Part shown: one piece after another, positions 1-14,900 of the stretch | Layout of the letters: each line of letters begins with the position of its first letter | How positions within the stretch are numbered: the first letter of the stretch is position 1 | NCBI GenBank assembly: GCA_964016885.1 | Contig: OZ024741.1 | Span: 175,150,001-175,214,000, forward strand | Reading direction: 5' to 3' | Origin: Eledone cirrhosa | Lineage: Eukaryota | DNA length: 64,000 nucleotides | Made by a program: the position numbers and the translations under genes | The notes under the pieces: generated by a model | What the model was told of the DNA's origin: nothing | Databases searched by the model: none | Seen by the model: the letters and a program-made list of their open reading frames with translations, nothing else

Positions 1-974
1 TACCTGTGTCCACAGGCCATTGTGAGTTTGAAAAAGTATCACTAAGGTATTTAAAATATTTCGAGTGCTGCAAGGCCTGTAAATATTACGTAGACCTCAT
101 ATTACCAATCTGTGGCCTATAGGTTTCCCAGAGTTCACAAAAATCGCACTGGGATTTTGAGTTATGTTCAATATTTGAAGAGTCTCTCGTTTAAAATGTA
201 TTTACTTATCATAAGGCTGATAAAGAAAAACTTTAAAAATGTCGAAGCCGGGAAACAATGAAAACGAGTTAGTTGTGTAGACAAGCCTTTCAAAAGCGTG
301 GAATCTGGAGGGAAATCTGCTTAAATAAAAGCAGTAAAAGAGGTTTCATGATAATGAAAACGTTGGGAGCAACTATAGATGTTTAATTAGCAAACTATAT
401 GATGTAGTTCTCCTTGAGGAAGTGCTGACCAGTGTGGCTCGACGCAGTTCACTCAGCTGAAAATGTATTAGCCATTATCTGAGAGGGATAGGTTCCTCGT
501 TCAGAGTCAAGATTTCTAATTCGTTTTTTACTCCTCGAAATAATATGCAGTGTGATCGATATAATTGACTAAATCGATTGAAGGAAGTGCCCCAGCACGG
601 GGACAGTCTAATGATTGAAGCTAGTGAAACACTAACATATTCTGGAAGTATAAATGAGAGAATCAGTACGCAACAGATGTATTTATATACGACATATAAT
701 TTTATACGTCTAAAGAGAGGAGGGCTATAAGACAACAATGATACCATTTAGAATATTCGATTATTCATATAATAAATAAGCAATAGGTTTGAATTATTCC
801 GTGTACACAAAACTGTGCTAATACATAACATCGGATGAACACACAGGAAAATAAGATGCATGCCACACAAAATGAACTAATGCATTTAACGATTATATAA
901 CTAGACGATCGTTGGGAAATCTGCATAACTATGCTAAACAACTAAAGCGTAAGGAATCAGCAACATTGCAACAC

Positions 975-1610
<636 letters not shown>

Positions 1611-1743
1611 AATAGTCTTCTAATATTTTCTTTTCAAATTATATTTGAAACATAAGCTACTGAAGTGGTTGACACAACGTAACTCGGATGTCATTAAGCA
1701 CAGGACTCCTCCATTTGTATTCGAGGATTAGATTAGCATTAGC

Positions 1744-1745
<2 letters not shown>

Positions 1746-1800
<55 letters not shown>

Positions 1801-2032
1801 CACACACACACGCACGCGCACACACGCGTACACACACACACACACACACGCGCACACACACACTACACACGCACACACACGCACACACACGCACACACAC
1901 ACACGCGCACACACACGCACACACACACACACGCGCGCGCGCGCACACGCACACACACACGCACACACACGCACACACACGCACACACACACGCGCACAC
2001 ACACGCACACACACACGCGCGCGCGCGCGCAC

Positions 2033-2074
<42 letters not shown>

Positions 2075-2155
2075 GCACACACACACACACACACGCACAC
2101 ACACACACGCGCACACACACTCACACACACGCACACACGCACACACACACACACA

Positions 2156-2204
<49 letters not shown>

Positions 2205-2257
2205 ACACACACAGACACACGCACACACACACACACGCACACTCACACCCACACGCG

Positions 2258-2289
<32 letters not shown>

Positions 2290-2309
2290 CGCACACACAC
2301 ACACATACA

Positions 2310-2364
<55 letters not shown>

Positions 2365-2395
2365 CCGCACACACACACCCACACGCGCGCGCGCG

Positions 2396-2468
<73 letters not shown>

Positions 2469-2487
2469 GTACACACACACACACACA

Positions 2488-2524
<37 letters not shown>

Positions 2525-2850
2525 ACACACACGCGCACACACACACACACGCACACACACACACACGCACATACACACACGCACACACACGTACACACAC
2601 ACACACACACGCACACGCGCGCGCACACACACGCACATACACACACACACGCGCACACACACACATATATATATATACATATGCACATATACATAGAAAC
2701 GTACACACACATATAGACACACATACAAGTACGGACAGCGTAGAGACACAGGCACTTCCAGACATATAAATATACATGCACGCCCGCATACTACATACAC
2801 ACATACATATACACTGGCATGCATACACTCATATACATACCCTCACATAT
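1746..2850. repeat. Long (CA)n/(CG)-interrupted microsatellite
   Basis: About 1 kb of cacaca with cgcg interruptions; a second copy lies at ~11325-12225. Confidence 0.97.
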
Positions 2851-2852
2851 AT

Positions 2853-3010
2853 GTGTGGCTGAGTGGTTAGAGAATTGGCTTCGCAATCGTGAGGTTGTGA
2901 GTTCGATTCCTGGACCGGGTGATGCGTTATGGCACTTTATTCCACGTTGCTCCTTCTACCTGGAGTTGCGACCGATAGATAGTATTAGCAATTGGAAAGA
3001 CGAACGGAAA
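2853..3010 (+). mobile_element. tRNA-derived SINE (family C); duplicate at ~12227-12384
   Basis: A-box gtggctgagtgg and B-box gagttcgattcc, followed by gcactttattccacgttgctcc, which is shared with the CORE-like SINE at 44050-44160. Confidence 0.65.
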
Positions 3011-3060
3011 CATTGTTCCCCTGGTCCGATTTGACGAAAGTCGATCGACTGTCATATATA

Positions 3061-3248
3061 GGGCGGTGAATTGGCAGTATCGGTAGAGGGTTGGACGCCA
3101 TGCTTTCTAGCATAGTTACGTCCCTTTGCAGTCTGAGTTCAAATCCCGCCAAGGTTAACTTTGCCTTTCATCCTTACGGGGTCGATAAAATAAAGTACCA
3201 GTAATGTACTGGGTAATTGCTGGACTTGTGCCTAAAGTAGAAACAATT
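3061..3248 (+). mobile_element. tRNA-derived SINE (family A); duplicate at 12435-12622
   Basis: A-box tggcagtatcgg, B-box gagttcaaatcc, body gcctttcatccttacggggtcgataaaataaagtaccag, tail gtagaaacaatt; at least 9 copies in this window. Confidence 0.9.
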
Positions 3249-3356
3249 ATATATGCATACACATATAGATATGCGCTTTAATAAAAATACGCAGCACTCC
3301 ATCCATAAATAATTGGGCAAGGGATCAATGGCTTGATTTCCACCAAGCCAGAAATT

Positions 3357-3880
3357 ATGACGAATTGACAGAGTCGTTAGAACGTAGGATAGAACAGGTA
3401 CGTTAAACATACGGCCTGCTGGCTGCATGCGGCCCTTTACAAGCGCACCTGCGACCCCCACAAAGATTTTTATAGCGCGAGTATGTTTTATCTTCGTAAT
3501 ATAAGATTAAAAAAGAAAGTTGTAAAGCGCGTAATTAGTTGTCGTGTGTGGGTGGCCCCCAGACATCACATATGTGACCCATGTGACCCTCGGGGGACAC
3601 TCAGTTTGACATGCCTGGCATAGAATTCTTTGCGGTATTCGTTCTGGCTCTCTGCGCTACGAATTCTAATCACATGGAGGTCAACTTTGTCGTTCATCCT
3701 TTCGAGGTCGATAAAATATCACGGTCCAGTTTGCTTTCTAATTTCCTTTCTTGCACTCTATCTCTCCTTCTTTGGTAGAAATCGGCTGTGTGCAGACCCT
3801 GTGAGGGAATGGGCTCCACTAGATTTTAAGTGCCAAAGTCAAGGTACCCCTACGACTCAGTCAGGAGACACAGGTCCATA
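3357..3880 (+). mobile_element. SINE family B with 3' extension, interrupted by a hAT MITE; duplicate at +9374
   Basis: Head gaattgacagagtcgttagaacg, then the MITE, then gtcaactttgtcgttcatcctttcgaggtcgataaaa; similar to 5143-5410 and 45911-46245. Confidence 0.7.
3395..3617. mobile_element. Non-autonomous hAT (Charlie-like) MITE; duplicate at 12769-12991
   Basis: TIRs caggtacgttaaac / gtttgacatgcctg; 8-bp TSD ggatagaa / gcatagaa with 1 mismatch. Confidence 0.8.
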
Positions 3881-4004
3881 CGTACATAATGACGAGGAAG
3901 TGAAAATGACTCGGGTTAACTTGATTATTTCAATCTGGGTTGAAATTATATTGAAGCAGATTTTCATAGCATCCATTTCCTTTGTAAAATGTACCTCAGT
4001 TATG

Positions 4005-4510
4005 TAGTAAATAGTTCTGTTGTTATATAGTGAATAGTACCACTGCTATACAGAAACTAATACTTGTTTCTACGTTTGGCACAAGGCCAGCAATTATCCC
4101 AGTGTATTACTGGTACTTTATTTTATCGACCCCGTAAGGATGAAAGGCAAAGTTAACCTCGGCGGGATTTGAACTCAGAATGGTTAGGGTCGTAACTCTA
4201 TTCGTCAAAGCATGTCGTCCGACCCTCTACCGATACAGCCAAAACTAATACTGCTGTTATATAGTAAATAGTACTATTATTATATAGTAGCAAACAATAC
4301 CACTGTTATATAATAAATAGTAGCATGATTATACAGCGAATAGTACTGTTGTTATTCAGTAAATAATATTGTTGTTATGCAGTGAATGATGCTGTTGTTA
4401 TACAATAAATAATACCATTGTTTAGTGAATAGTGCGGTTGTTATACCGTAAGCAATATCACTGTTATACAATTATTAGTAGCATTGCTATGTAGGGAATA
4501 CTCGCGTTGT
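4005..4510. repeat. Degenerate ~23-bp minisatellite (ctgttgttatatagtgaatagta-like); duplicate at +9374
   Basis: Recurrent tgttgttata...gtgaatagta units, interrupted by a SINE. Confidence 0.7.
4065..4241 (-). mobile_element. SINE family A with 11-bp TSD; duplicate at 13439-13615
   Basis: Reverse complement of family A; TSD aaactaatact at 4054-4064 and 4242-4252. Confidence 0.88.
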
Positions 4511-5142
4511 TTTACAGATGTCAACATTTAGACGTTCAAATTGAACATCAACCATAACAGTCTCATCAGTCGCAACGGATAGAAGGACGAACTCTAAGTT
4601 CTCTATACAGTTTACAACCGATATTTGCGATCATGTAGCGAGAGATGCGAATATACTGTGGATTTCAGTACTCCGGGAATAAAATATTAAGAGTCATAAA
4701 ATTAGTTATTTCCTTCCTCAAAATCATTGCTATATATTACAGCTGAATGTGGGCATCGTAAGGAAAGTTTAAATACCATTTATCAAGCCAGTTTCGCGTT
4801 AGACATTGAAGCGAAATTACCTTCAAATCACACCGTACCGTCTTTAAAATAAAGGCTTGCTGGAAATACGATCTTGTGTTCGATCTGCTAAAAAGAATAT
4901 GATATGGGGGCAGTTGGAATGATTTTAATCACTTTAATCACGCTGATTTCTTAGAGCTGACTGGGGTAAAACTAGAACACCACTAACAACAATAACACTA
5001 ACAACAAAATTAATAGCAGACGCGTTTCAAAATCGCAGATCAGCCACCATCAATATGTTTGCAGGGCTTGCGTAATACACCTTGTCACCTCAACAGACGA
5101 TGAGACTGTTTATTAGTTATTGTTATTTATTGTTTATTAAAA

Positions 5143-5410
5143 GGCGGAGGATTGGCAGAGTCGTTAGAATCTTTAAAAAAATGCTTTGCGGTATTTGTTC
5201 CGACGCTCTGCTCACTTAGTTATAATCCCATCGATGGTAACATTGTTTTCGTCCTTTCGAGGTCGATAAAAATGTTCCAGTCCAGTAATGGGGGGCAATT
5301 ATCTTTCTATATCTCATTCTCACTAACTCTCTATCACTCTCTCTTCTTTTCTGGAAGAAATCGTTTGCGTTTAGCCCAAGAGAGATGGACACCACTAGGT
5401 TTTAAAATGT
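5143..5410 (+). mobile_element. SINE family B; duplicate at 14517-14784
   Basis: ggcggaggattggcagagtcgttagaa...cctttcgaggtcgataaaa plus the shared 3' extension (ctggaagaaatc...). Confidence 0.72.
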
Positions 5411-5519
5411 CTATTGTCACTACTGTGTCTATACCTACATATTTTGTTTATTAAACAATCAGATTTTAAAGTATACAATGCTGGTCGGCGTCTCTATGGC
5501 TGACTCACCAGTAAAACAA

Positions 5520-8500
5520 TGTTTTATAGATCCATTGTTTACATCTATATAATAAGACATCACAGATTGTTAGTTAAAACTTCATTGTTTACATCTATAT
5601 AACAAGATATCATAGATTGTTAGCTAACACTCGATTGTTTACATCTATATAACAAGTCATCACAGATTGTTGGTGAAAACTTCATTGTTTACATCTATAT
5701 AACAAGATATCATAGATTGTTAGCTAACACTCGATTGTTTACATCTATATAACAAGTCATCACAGATTGTTGGTTAAAACTTCATTGTTTACATCTATAT
5801 AACAAGACATCACAGATTGTTAGTTAAAACTTCATTGTCATCACAGATTATTAGTTAAAACTTCATTGTCATCACAGATTGTTAGTTAAAACTTCATTGT
5901 TTACGTCTAAATAACAACACATCACAGATTGCTAGTTAAAACTTTATTCTTTACATCTATGTAAGAAGTCATCACAGATTGTTAGTTAAGCCTTCATTGT
6001 TTACATCTATAAAACAAGATATCACACATTGTTAGTTAAAACTTGATTGTTTACATCTATATAACAAGACAGCACAGATTGTTAGTTAAAACTATTGTTT
6101 ACGTCTATATAACAAGATATCACAGATTGTTAGTTAAAACTTCATTGTTTACATCTATATAACAAGACATCATAGATTGTTAGTTAAAACTATTGTTTAC
6201 ATCTATATAACAATATAACACACATTGTTAGTTAAAACTTCATTGTTTACATATATATAACAAGTCATCATCGTTTATTAGTTAAAACTACATTGTTTAC
6301 ATCTATATAACAAGTCATCACAGAATGTTAATTAAAACTTCATTGTTTACATCTATATAACAAGATATCACAGATCGTTAGTTAAAACTACATTGCTTAC
6401 ATCTATATAACAAGTCATCATAGATTGTTAGTTGAAACTACATTGTTTACATCTATATAACAAGACATCAGAGATTGTTAGTTAAAACTATATTGTTTAA
6501 ATGTATATAGCATGTCATCACAGATTATTAGTTAAAACTATTGTTTAAATCTATATAACAAGATACCACAGATTGTTAGTTAAAAGTCCATTGTTTACAT
6601 CTATATAACAAGACATCATAGATTGTCAGTTAAAATTTCATTGTTTACATCTATATAACAAGATATCACAGATCGTTAGTTAAAACTACATTGTTTATAT
6701 CTATATAACAAGTCATCAAAGATTGTTAGTTAAAACTACATAGTTTAAATCTATATAACAAGACATCATAGATTGTTAGTTAAAACTACATTGTTTAAAT
6801 CTATATAGCAAGTCATCACAGATTGTTAGTTAAAACTACATTGTTTACATCTATAAAAGAAAACATGATAGATGGTTAATTAAAACTACATTGTTTACAT
6901 CTATATAACAAGACATCATAGATTGTTAGTTAAAACTACATTGTTTATATCTATATAACAAGAGATCATAGATTGTTAGTTAAAACTTCATTGATTACAT
7001 CTATATAACAAGACAGCACAGATTGCTAGTTAAAACTTTATTCTTTACATCTATATAAGAAGTCATCACAGACTATTAGTTAAGCCTTTATTGTTTAAAT
7101 CTATGTAACAAGATATCACAGATTGTTAGTTAAAACTTGATTGTGTACATCTATATAACAGTAGAGCACAGCTTTTTAGTTAAAACTATAGTTTACGTCT
7201 ATATAACAAGGTATCACAGATTGTTAGTTAACACTTTTGTTTACATCTATATAACAATATAACACACATTGTTAGTTAAAACTACATTGTTTACATCTAT
7301 ATAACAAGGCATCATAGATTGTTAGTTAAAACAACATTATTTACATCTATATAACAAGATATTACATATTGATAGTTAAAAGTATTGTTTACATCTATAT
7401 AACAACATAACACACATTGTTAGTTAAAACTTCATTATTTACATCTATATAACAAGTCATCACAGAATGTTAGTTAAAACTACATTGTTTACATCTATAT
7501 AACAAAACATCACAGATTGCTAGTTATAGATTGTTAGTTAAAAGTCAATTGTTTACATCTATATAACAAGATATCACAGATCGTTAGTTAAAACTACATT
7601 GTTTACATCTATATAACAGGTCATCACAGATTGTTAGTTAAAACTTCATTGTTTGCATCTAAATAACAAGTCATCACAGATTGTTAGTTAAAACTTTATT
7701 ATTTACATCTATATAACAAGTCATCACAGATTGTTAGTTAAAACTTCATTGTTTGCATCTATATAACAAGACATCAAAGATTGTTAGTTAACACTACATT
7801 GTTTAAATATATATAGCAAGTCATCACAGATTGATAGTTAAAAGTCCATTGTTTACATCTATATAACAAGACATCAGAGATTGTTAGCTAAAACTTCATT
7901 GTTTGTATCTATATAACAATATAGCACACATTGTTAGTTAAAACTTCATTGTGTACATCTATATAACAAGTCATCACAGAATGTTAGTTAAAACTTCATT
8001 GTTTACATCTATACAACAAGATATTACAGATCGTTAGTTAAAACTACATTGTTTATATCTATATAACAAGTCACCACAGATTGTGAGTTAAACCTTCATT
8101 GTTTACATCTATATAACAAAACATCACAGATTGCTAGTTATAGATTGTTAGTTAAAGACCATTGTTTACATCTATATAACAAGGCATCATAGATTCTTAG
8201 TTAAAACTTCATTGTTTATATCTTTATAACAAGACACCACGGATTGTTAGCTAAAACCTGATTGGTTACATCTATATAACAAGAAATCACAGATTGTTAG
8301 TTAAAATGTCATTCTTCACATCTATATAACAAAGCATCACAGATTGTCAGTTAAAACTATTGTTTACATCTATATAACAAGATATCACAGATCGTTAGTT
8401 AAAACTTCATTGTTTACATCTATATAACAAATCATCACAGATTGTTAGTTAAAACTTCATTGTTTACATCTATATAACAAGACATCAAAGATTGTTAGTT

Positions 8501-11320
8501 AAAACTTCATTGTTTACATCTTATAACAAGACATCATAGATTGTTAGTTGAAACTACATTGTTTACATCTATATAACAAGACATCAGAGATTCTTAGTTA
8601 AAACTTCATTGTTTACATCTATATAAGAAGACATCATAGATTGTTAGTTAAAACTATTGTTTACATCTATATAACAATATAACACACATTGTTAGTTAAA
8701 ACTTCATTGTTTACATTTATATAACAAGTCATCATCGTTTATTAGTTAAAACTACATTGTTTACATCTATATAACAAGTCATCACAGAATGTTAATTAAA
8801 ACTTCATTGTTTACATCTATATAACAAGATATCACAGATCGTTAGTTAAAACTACATTGCTTACATCTATATAACAAGTCATCATAGATTGTTAGTTGAA
8901 ACTACATTGTTTACATCTATATAACAAGACATCAGAGATTGTTAGTTAAAACTATATTGTTTAAATGTATATAGCATGTCATCGCAGATTGTTAGTTAAA
9001 ACTATTGTTTACATCTATATAACAAGATACCACAGATTGTTAGTTAAAAGTCCATTGTTTACATCTATATAACAAGACATCATAGATTGTCAGTTAAAAT
9101 TTCATTGTTTACATCTATATAACAAGATATCACAGATCGTTAGTTAAAACTACATTGTTTATATCTATATAACAAGTCATCACAGATTGTTAGTTAAAAC
9201 TACATAGTTTAAATCTATATAACAAGACATCATAGATTGTTAGTTAAAACTACATTGTTTAAATCTATATAGCAAGTCATCACAGATTGTTAGTTAAAAC
9301 TACATTGTTTACATCTATAAAAGAAAACATGATAGATGGTTAATTAAAACTACATTGTTTACATCTATATAACAAGACATCATAGATTGTTAGTTAAAAC
9401 TACATTGTTTATATCTATATAACAAGAGATCATAGATTGTTAGTTAAAACTTCATTGATTACATCTATATAACAAGACAGCACAGATTGCTAGTTAAAAC
9501 TTTATTCTTTACATCTATATAAGAAGTCATCACAGACTATTAGTTAAGCCTTTATTGTTTATATCTATATAACAAGATATCACAGATTGTTAGTTAAAAC
9601 TTGATTGTGTACATCTATATAACAGTAGAGCACAGCTTTTTAGTTAAAACTATAGTTTACGTCTATATAACAAGGTATCACAGATTGTTAGTTAACACTT
9701 TTGTTTACATCTATATAACAATATAACACACATTGTTAGTTAAAACTACATTGTTTACATCTATATAACAAGGCATCATAGATTGTTAGTTAAAACAACA
9801 TTATTTACATCTATATAACAAGATATTACAGATTGATAGTTAATAGTATTGTTTACATCTATATAACAACATAACACACATTGTTAGTTAAAACTTCATT
9901 ATTTACATCTATATAACAAGTCATCACAGAATGTTAGTTAAAACTACATTGTTTACATCTATATAACAAAACATCACAGATTGCTAGTTATAGATTGTTA
10001 GTTAAAAGTCCATTGTTTACATCTATATAACAAGATATCACAGATCGTTAGTTAAAACTACATTGTTTACATCTATATAACAAGTCATCACAGATTGTTA
10101 GTTAAAACTTCATTGTTTGCATCTAAATAACAAGTCATCACAGATTGTTAGTTAAAACTTTATTATTTACATCTATATAACAAGTCATCACAGATTGTTA
10201 GTTAAAACTTCATTGTTTGCATCTATATAACAAGACATCAAAGATTGTTAGTTAACACTACATTGTTTAAATATATATAGCAAGTCATCACAGATTGATA
10301 GTTAAAAGTCCATTGTTTACATCTATATAACAAGACATCAGAGATTTTTAGTTAAACCTTCATTATTTACATATATATAACAAGACATCATAGATTGTTA
10401 GCTAAAACTTCATTGTTTGTATCTATATAACAATATAGCACACATTGTTAGTTAAAACTTCATTGTGTACATCTATATAACAAGTCATCACAGAATGTTA
10501 GTTAAAACTTCATTGTTTACATATATACAACAAGATATTACAGATCGTTAGTTAATACTACATTGTTTATATCTATATAACAAGTCACCACAGATTGTGA
10601 GTTAAACCTTCATTGTTTACATCTATATAACAAAACATCACAGATTGCTAGTTATAGATTGTTAGTTAAAGACCATTGTTTACATCTATATAACAAGGCA
10701 TCATAGATTCTTAGTTAAAACTTCATTGTTTATATCTTTATAACAAGACATCACAGATTGTTAGATAAAACCTGATTGGTTACATCTATATAACAAGAAA
10801 TCACAGATTGTTAGTTAAAATGTCATTCTTCACATCTATATAACAAAGCATCACAGATTGTCAGTTAAAACTATTGTTTACATCTATATAACAAGATATC
10901 ACAAATCGTTAGTTAAAACTACATTGTTTACATCTATATAACAAATCATCACAGATTGTTAGTTAAAACTTCATTGTTTACATCTATATAACAAGACATC
11001 ACAGATCGCTAGTTAAAACTTCATTATTTACATCTATATAACAAGATATCACAGAATGTTAGTTAAAACTACATTGTTTCCATCTATATAACAAGTGATC
11101 ATAGATTGTTAGTGAAAACTACATTGGTTACATCTATATAACAAGACATCAGAGATTGTTGGTTAAAACTACATTTTTAAAATCTATATAGCAAGTCATG
11201 ACAGATTGTTATTTAAAACTATTGTTTACATCTATATAACAAGATACCACAGATTGTAAGTTAAAAGTCCATTGTTTACATCTATATAACAAGACATAGT
11301 AGATTATTAGTTAAAACTAC
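5520..11320. repeat. 50-bp satellite array 1
   Basis: Consensus cattgtttacatctatataacaagacatcacagattgttagttaaaact(t/a), repeated head to tail with variants. Confidence 0.98.
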
Positions 11321-11330
11321 ATATATGCGC

Positions 11331-11374
<44 letters not shown>

Positions 11375-11455
11375 GCACACACACACACACACACGCACAC
11401 ACACACACGCGCACACACACGCACACACACGCACACACGCACACACACACACACA

Positions 11456-11515
<60 letters not shown>

Positions 11516-11597
11516 CACACACACGCACACTCACACCCACACGCGCACACACACACACACATACACACACGCACACACGCACACACACACACATACA

Positions 11598-11648
<51 letters not shown>

Positions 11649-11693
11649 CCACACACATACACGCACACACGCACACACACCCCCACACGCGCG

Positions 11694-11783
<90 letters not shown>

Positions 11784-11799
11784 CGCACACACACACACA

Positions 11800-11886
<87 letters not shown>

Positions 11887-11921
11887 GCACACACACACAC
11901 ACGCACACACACACACACACG

Positions 11922-11953
<32 letters not shown>

Positions 11954-14900
11954 CACGTACACACACACACACGCACACACGCGCGCACACACGCGCGCAC
12001 ACACACGCACATACACACACACACGCGCACACACACACATATATATATATACATATGCACATATACATAGAAACGTACACACACATATAGACACACATAC
12101 AAGTACGGACAGCGTAGAGACACAGGCACTTCCAGACATATAAATATACATGCACGCCCGCATACTACATACACACATACATATACACTGGCATGCATAC
12201 ACTCATATACATACCCTCACATATATGTGTGGCTGAGTGGTTAGAGAATTGGCTTCGCAATCGTGAGGTTGTGAGTTCGATTCCTGGACCGGGTGATGCG
12301 TTATGGCACTTTATTCCACGTTGCTCCTTCTACCTGGAGTTGCGACCGATAGATAGTATTAGCAATTGGAAAGACGAACGGAAACATTGTTCCCCTGGTC
12401 CGATTTGACGAAAGTCGATCGACTGTCATATATAGGGCGGTGAATTGGCAGTATCGGTAGAGGGTTGGACGCCATGCTTTCTAGCATAGTTACGTCCCTT
12501 TGCAGTCTGAGTTCAAATCCCGCCAAGGTTAACTTTGCCTTTCATCCTTACGGGGTCGATAAAATAAAGTACCAGTAATGTACTGGGTAATTGCTGGACT
12601 TGTGCCTAAAGTAGAAACAATTATATATGCATACACATATAGATATGCGCTTTAATAAAAATACGCAGCACTCCATCCATAAATAATTGGGCAAGGGATC
12701 AATGGCTTGATTTCCACCAAGCCAGAAATTATGACGAATTGACAGAGTCGTTAGAACGTAGGATAGAACAGGTACGTTAAACATACGGCCTGCTGGCTGC
12801 ATGCGGCCCTTTACAAGCGCACCTGCGACCCCCACAAAGATTTTTATAGCGCGAGTATGTTTTATCTTCGTAATATAAGATTAAAAAAGAAAGTTGTAAA
12901 GCGCGTAATTAGTTGTCGTGTGTGGGTGGCCCCCAGACATCACATATGTGACCCATGTGACCCTCGGGGGACACTCAGTTTGACATGCCTGGCATAGAAT
13001 TCTTTGCGGTATTCGTTCTGGCTCTCTGCGCTACGAATTCTAATCACATGGAGGTCAACTTTGTCGTTCATCCTTTCGAGGTCGATAAAATATCACGGTC
13101 CAGTTTGCTTTCTAATTTCCTTTCTTGCACTCTATCTCTCCTTCTTTGGTAGAAATCGGCTGTGTGCAGACCCTGTGAGGGAATGGGCTCCACTAGATTT
13201 TAAGTGCCAAAGTCAAGGTACCCCTACGACTCAGTCAGGAGACACAGGTCCATACGTACATAATGACGAGGAAGTGAAAATGACTCGGGTTAACTTGATT
13301 ATTTCAATCTGGGTTGAAATTATATTGAAGCAGATTTTCATAGCATCCATTTCCTTTGTAAAATGTACCTCAGTTATGTAGTAAATAGTTCTGTTGTTAT
13401 ATAGTGAATAGTACCACTGCTATACAGAAACTAATACTTGTTTCTACGTTTGGCACAAGGCCAGCAATTATCCCAGTGTATTACTGGTACTTTATTTTAT
13501 CGACCCCGTAAGGATGAAAGGCAAAGTTAACCTCGGCGGGATTTGAACTCAGAATGGTTAGGGTCGTAACTCTATTCGTCAAAGCATGTCGTCCGACCCT
13601 CTACCGATACAGCCAAAACTAATACTGCTGTTATATAGTAAATAGTACTATTATTATATAGTAGCAAACAATACCACTGTTATATAATAAATAGTAGCAT
13701 GATTATACAGCGAATAGTACTGTTGTTATTCAGTAAATAATATTGTTGTTATGCAGTGAATGATGCTGTTGTTATACAATAAATAATACCATTGTTTAGT
13801 GAATAGTGCGGTTGTTATACCGTAAGCAATATCACTGTTATACAATTATTAGTAGCATTGCTATGTAGGGAATACTCGCGTTGTTTTACAGATGTCAACA
13901 TTTAGACGTTCAAATTGAACATCAACCATAACAGTCTCATCAGTCGCAACGGATAGAAGGACGAACTCTAAGTTCTCTATACAGTTTACAACCGATATTT
14001 GCGATCATGTAGCGAGAGATGCGAATATACTGTGGATTTCAGTACTCCGGGAATAAAATATTAAGAGTCATAAAATTAGTTATTTCCTTCCTCAAAATCA
14101 TTGCTATATATTACAGCTGAATGTGGGCAACGTAAGGAAAGTTTAAATACCATTTATCAAGCCAGTTTCGCGTTAGACATTGAAGCGAAATTACCTTCAA
14201 ATCACACCGTACCGTCTTTAAAATAAAGGCTTGCTGGAAATACGATCTTGTGTTCGATCTGCTAAAAAGAATATGATATGGGGGCAGTTGGAATGATTTT
14301 AATCACTTTAATCACGCTGATTTCTTAGAGCTGACTGGGGTAAAACTAGAACACCACTAACAACAATAACACTAACAACAAAATTAATAGCAGACGCGTT
14401 TCAAAATCGCAGATCAGCCACCATCAATATGTTTGCAGGGCTTGCGTAATACACCTTGTCACCTCAACAGACGATGAGACTGTTTATTAGTTATTGTTAT
14501 TTATTGTTTATTAAAAGGCGGAGGATTGGCAGAGTCGTTAGAATCTTTAAAAAAATGCTTTGCGGTATTTGTTCCGACGCTCTGCTCACTTAGTTATAAT
14601 CCCATCGATGGTAACATTGTTTTCGTCCTTTCGAGGTCGATAAAAATGTTCCAGTCCAGTAATGGGGGGCAATTATCTTTCTATATCTCATTCTCACTAA
14701 CTCTCTATCACTCTCTCTTCTTTTCTGGAAGAAATCGTTTGCGTTTAGCCCAAGAGAGATGGACACCACTAGGTTTTAAAATGTCTATTGTCACTACTGT
14801 GTCTATACCTACATATTTTGTTTATTAAACAATCAGATTTTAAAGTATACAATGCTGGTCGGCGTCTCTATGGCTGACTCACCAGTAAAACAATGTTTTA

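Noticed and set aside
110-280. Possible hAT dimerisation-domain relic (FPEFTKIAL...CRSRETM)
   Set aside because: Needs several frameshifts and stops; too weak to call without an HMM search.
4512-4578. Minus-strand hammerhead-like CTGATGA-gac...gtc-TAAA-tgttgaca-TC
   Set aside because: The essential G12 is absent (TAAA) and stem I is out of register; at best a dead relic.
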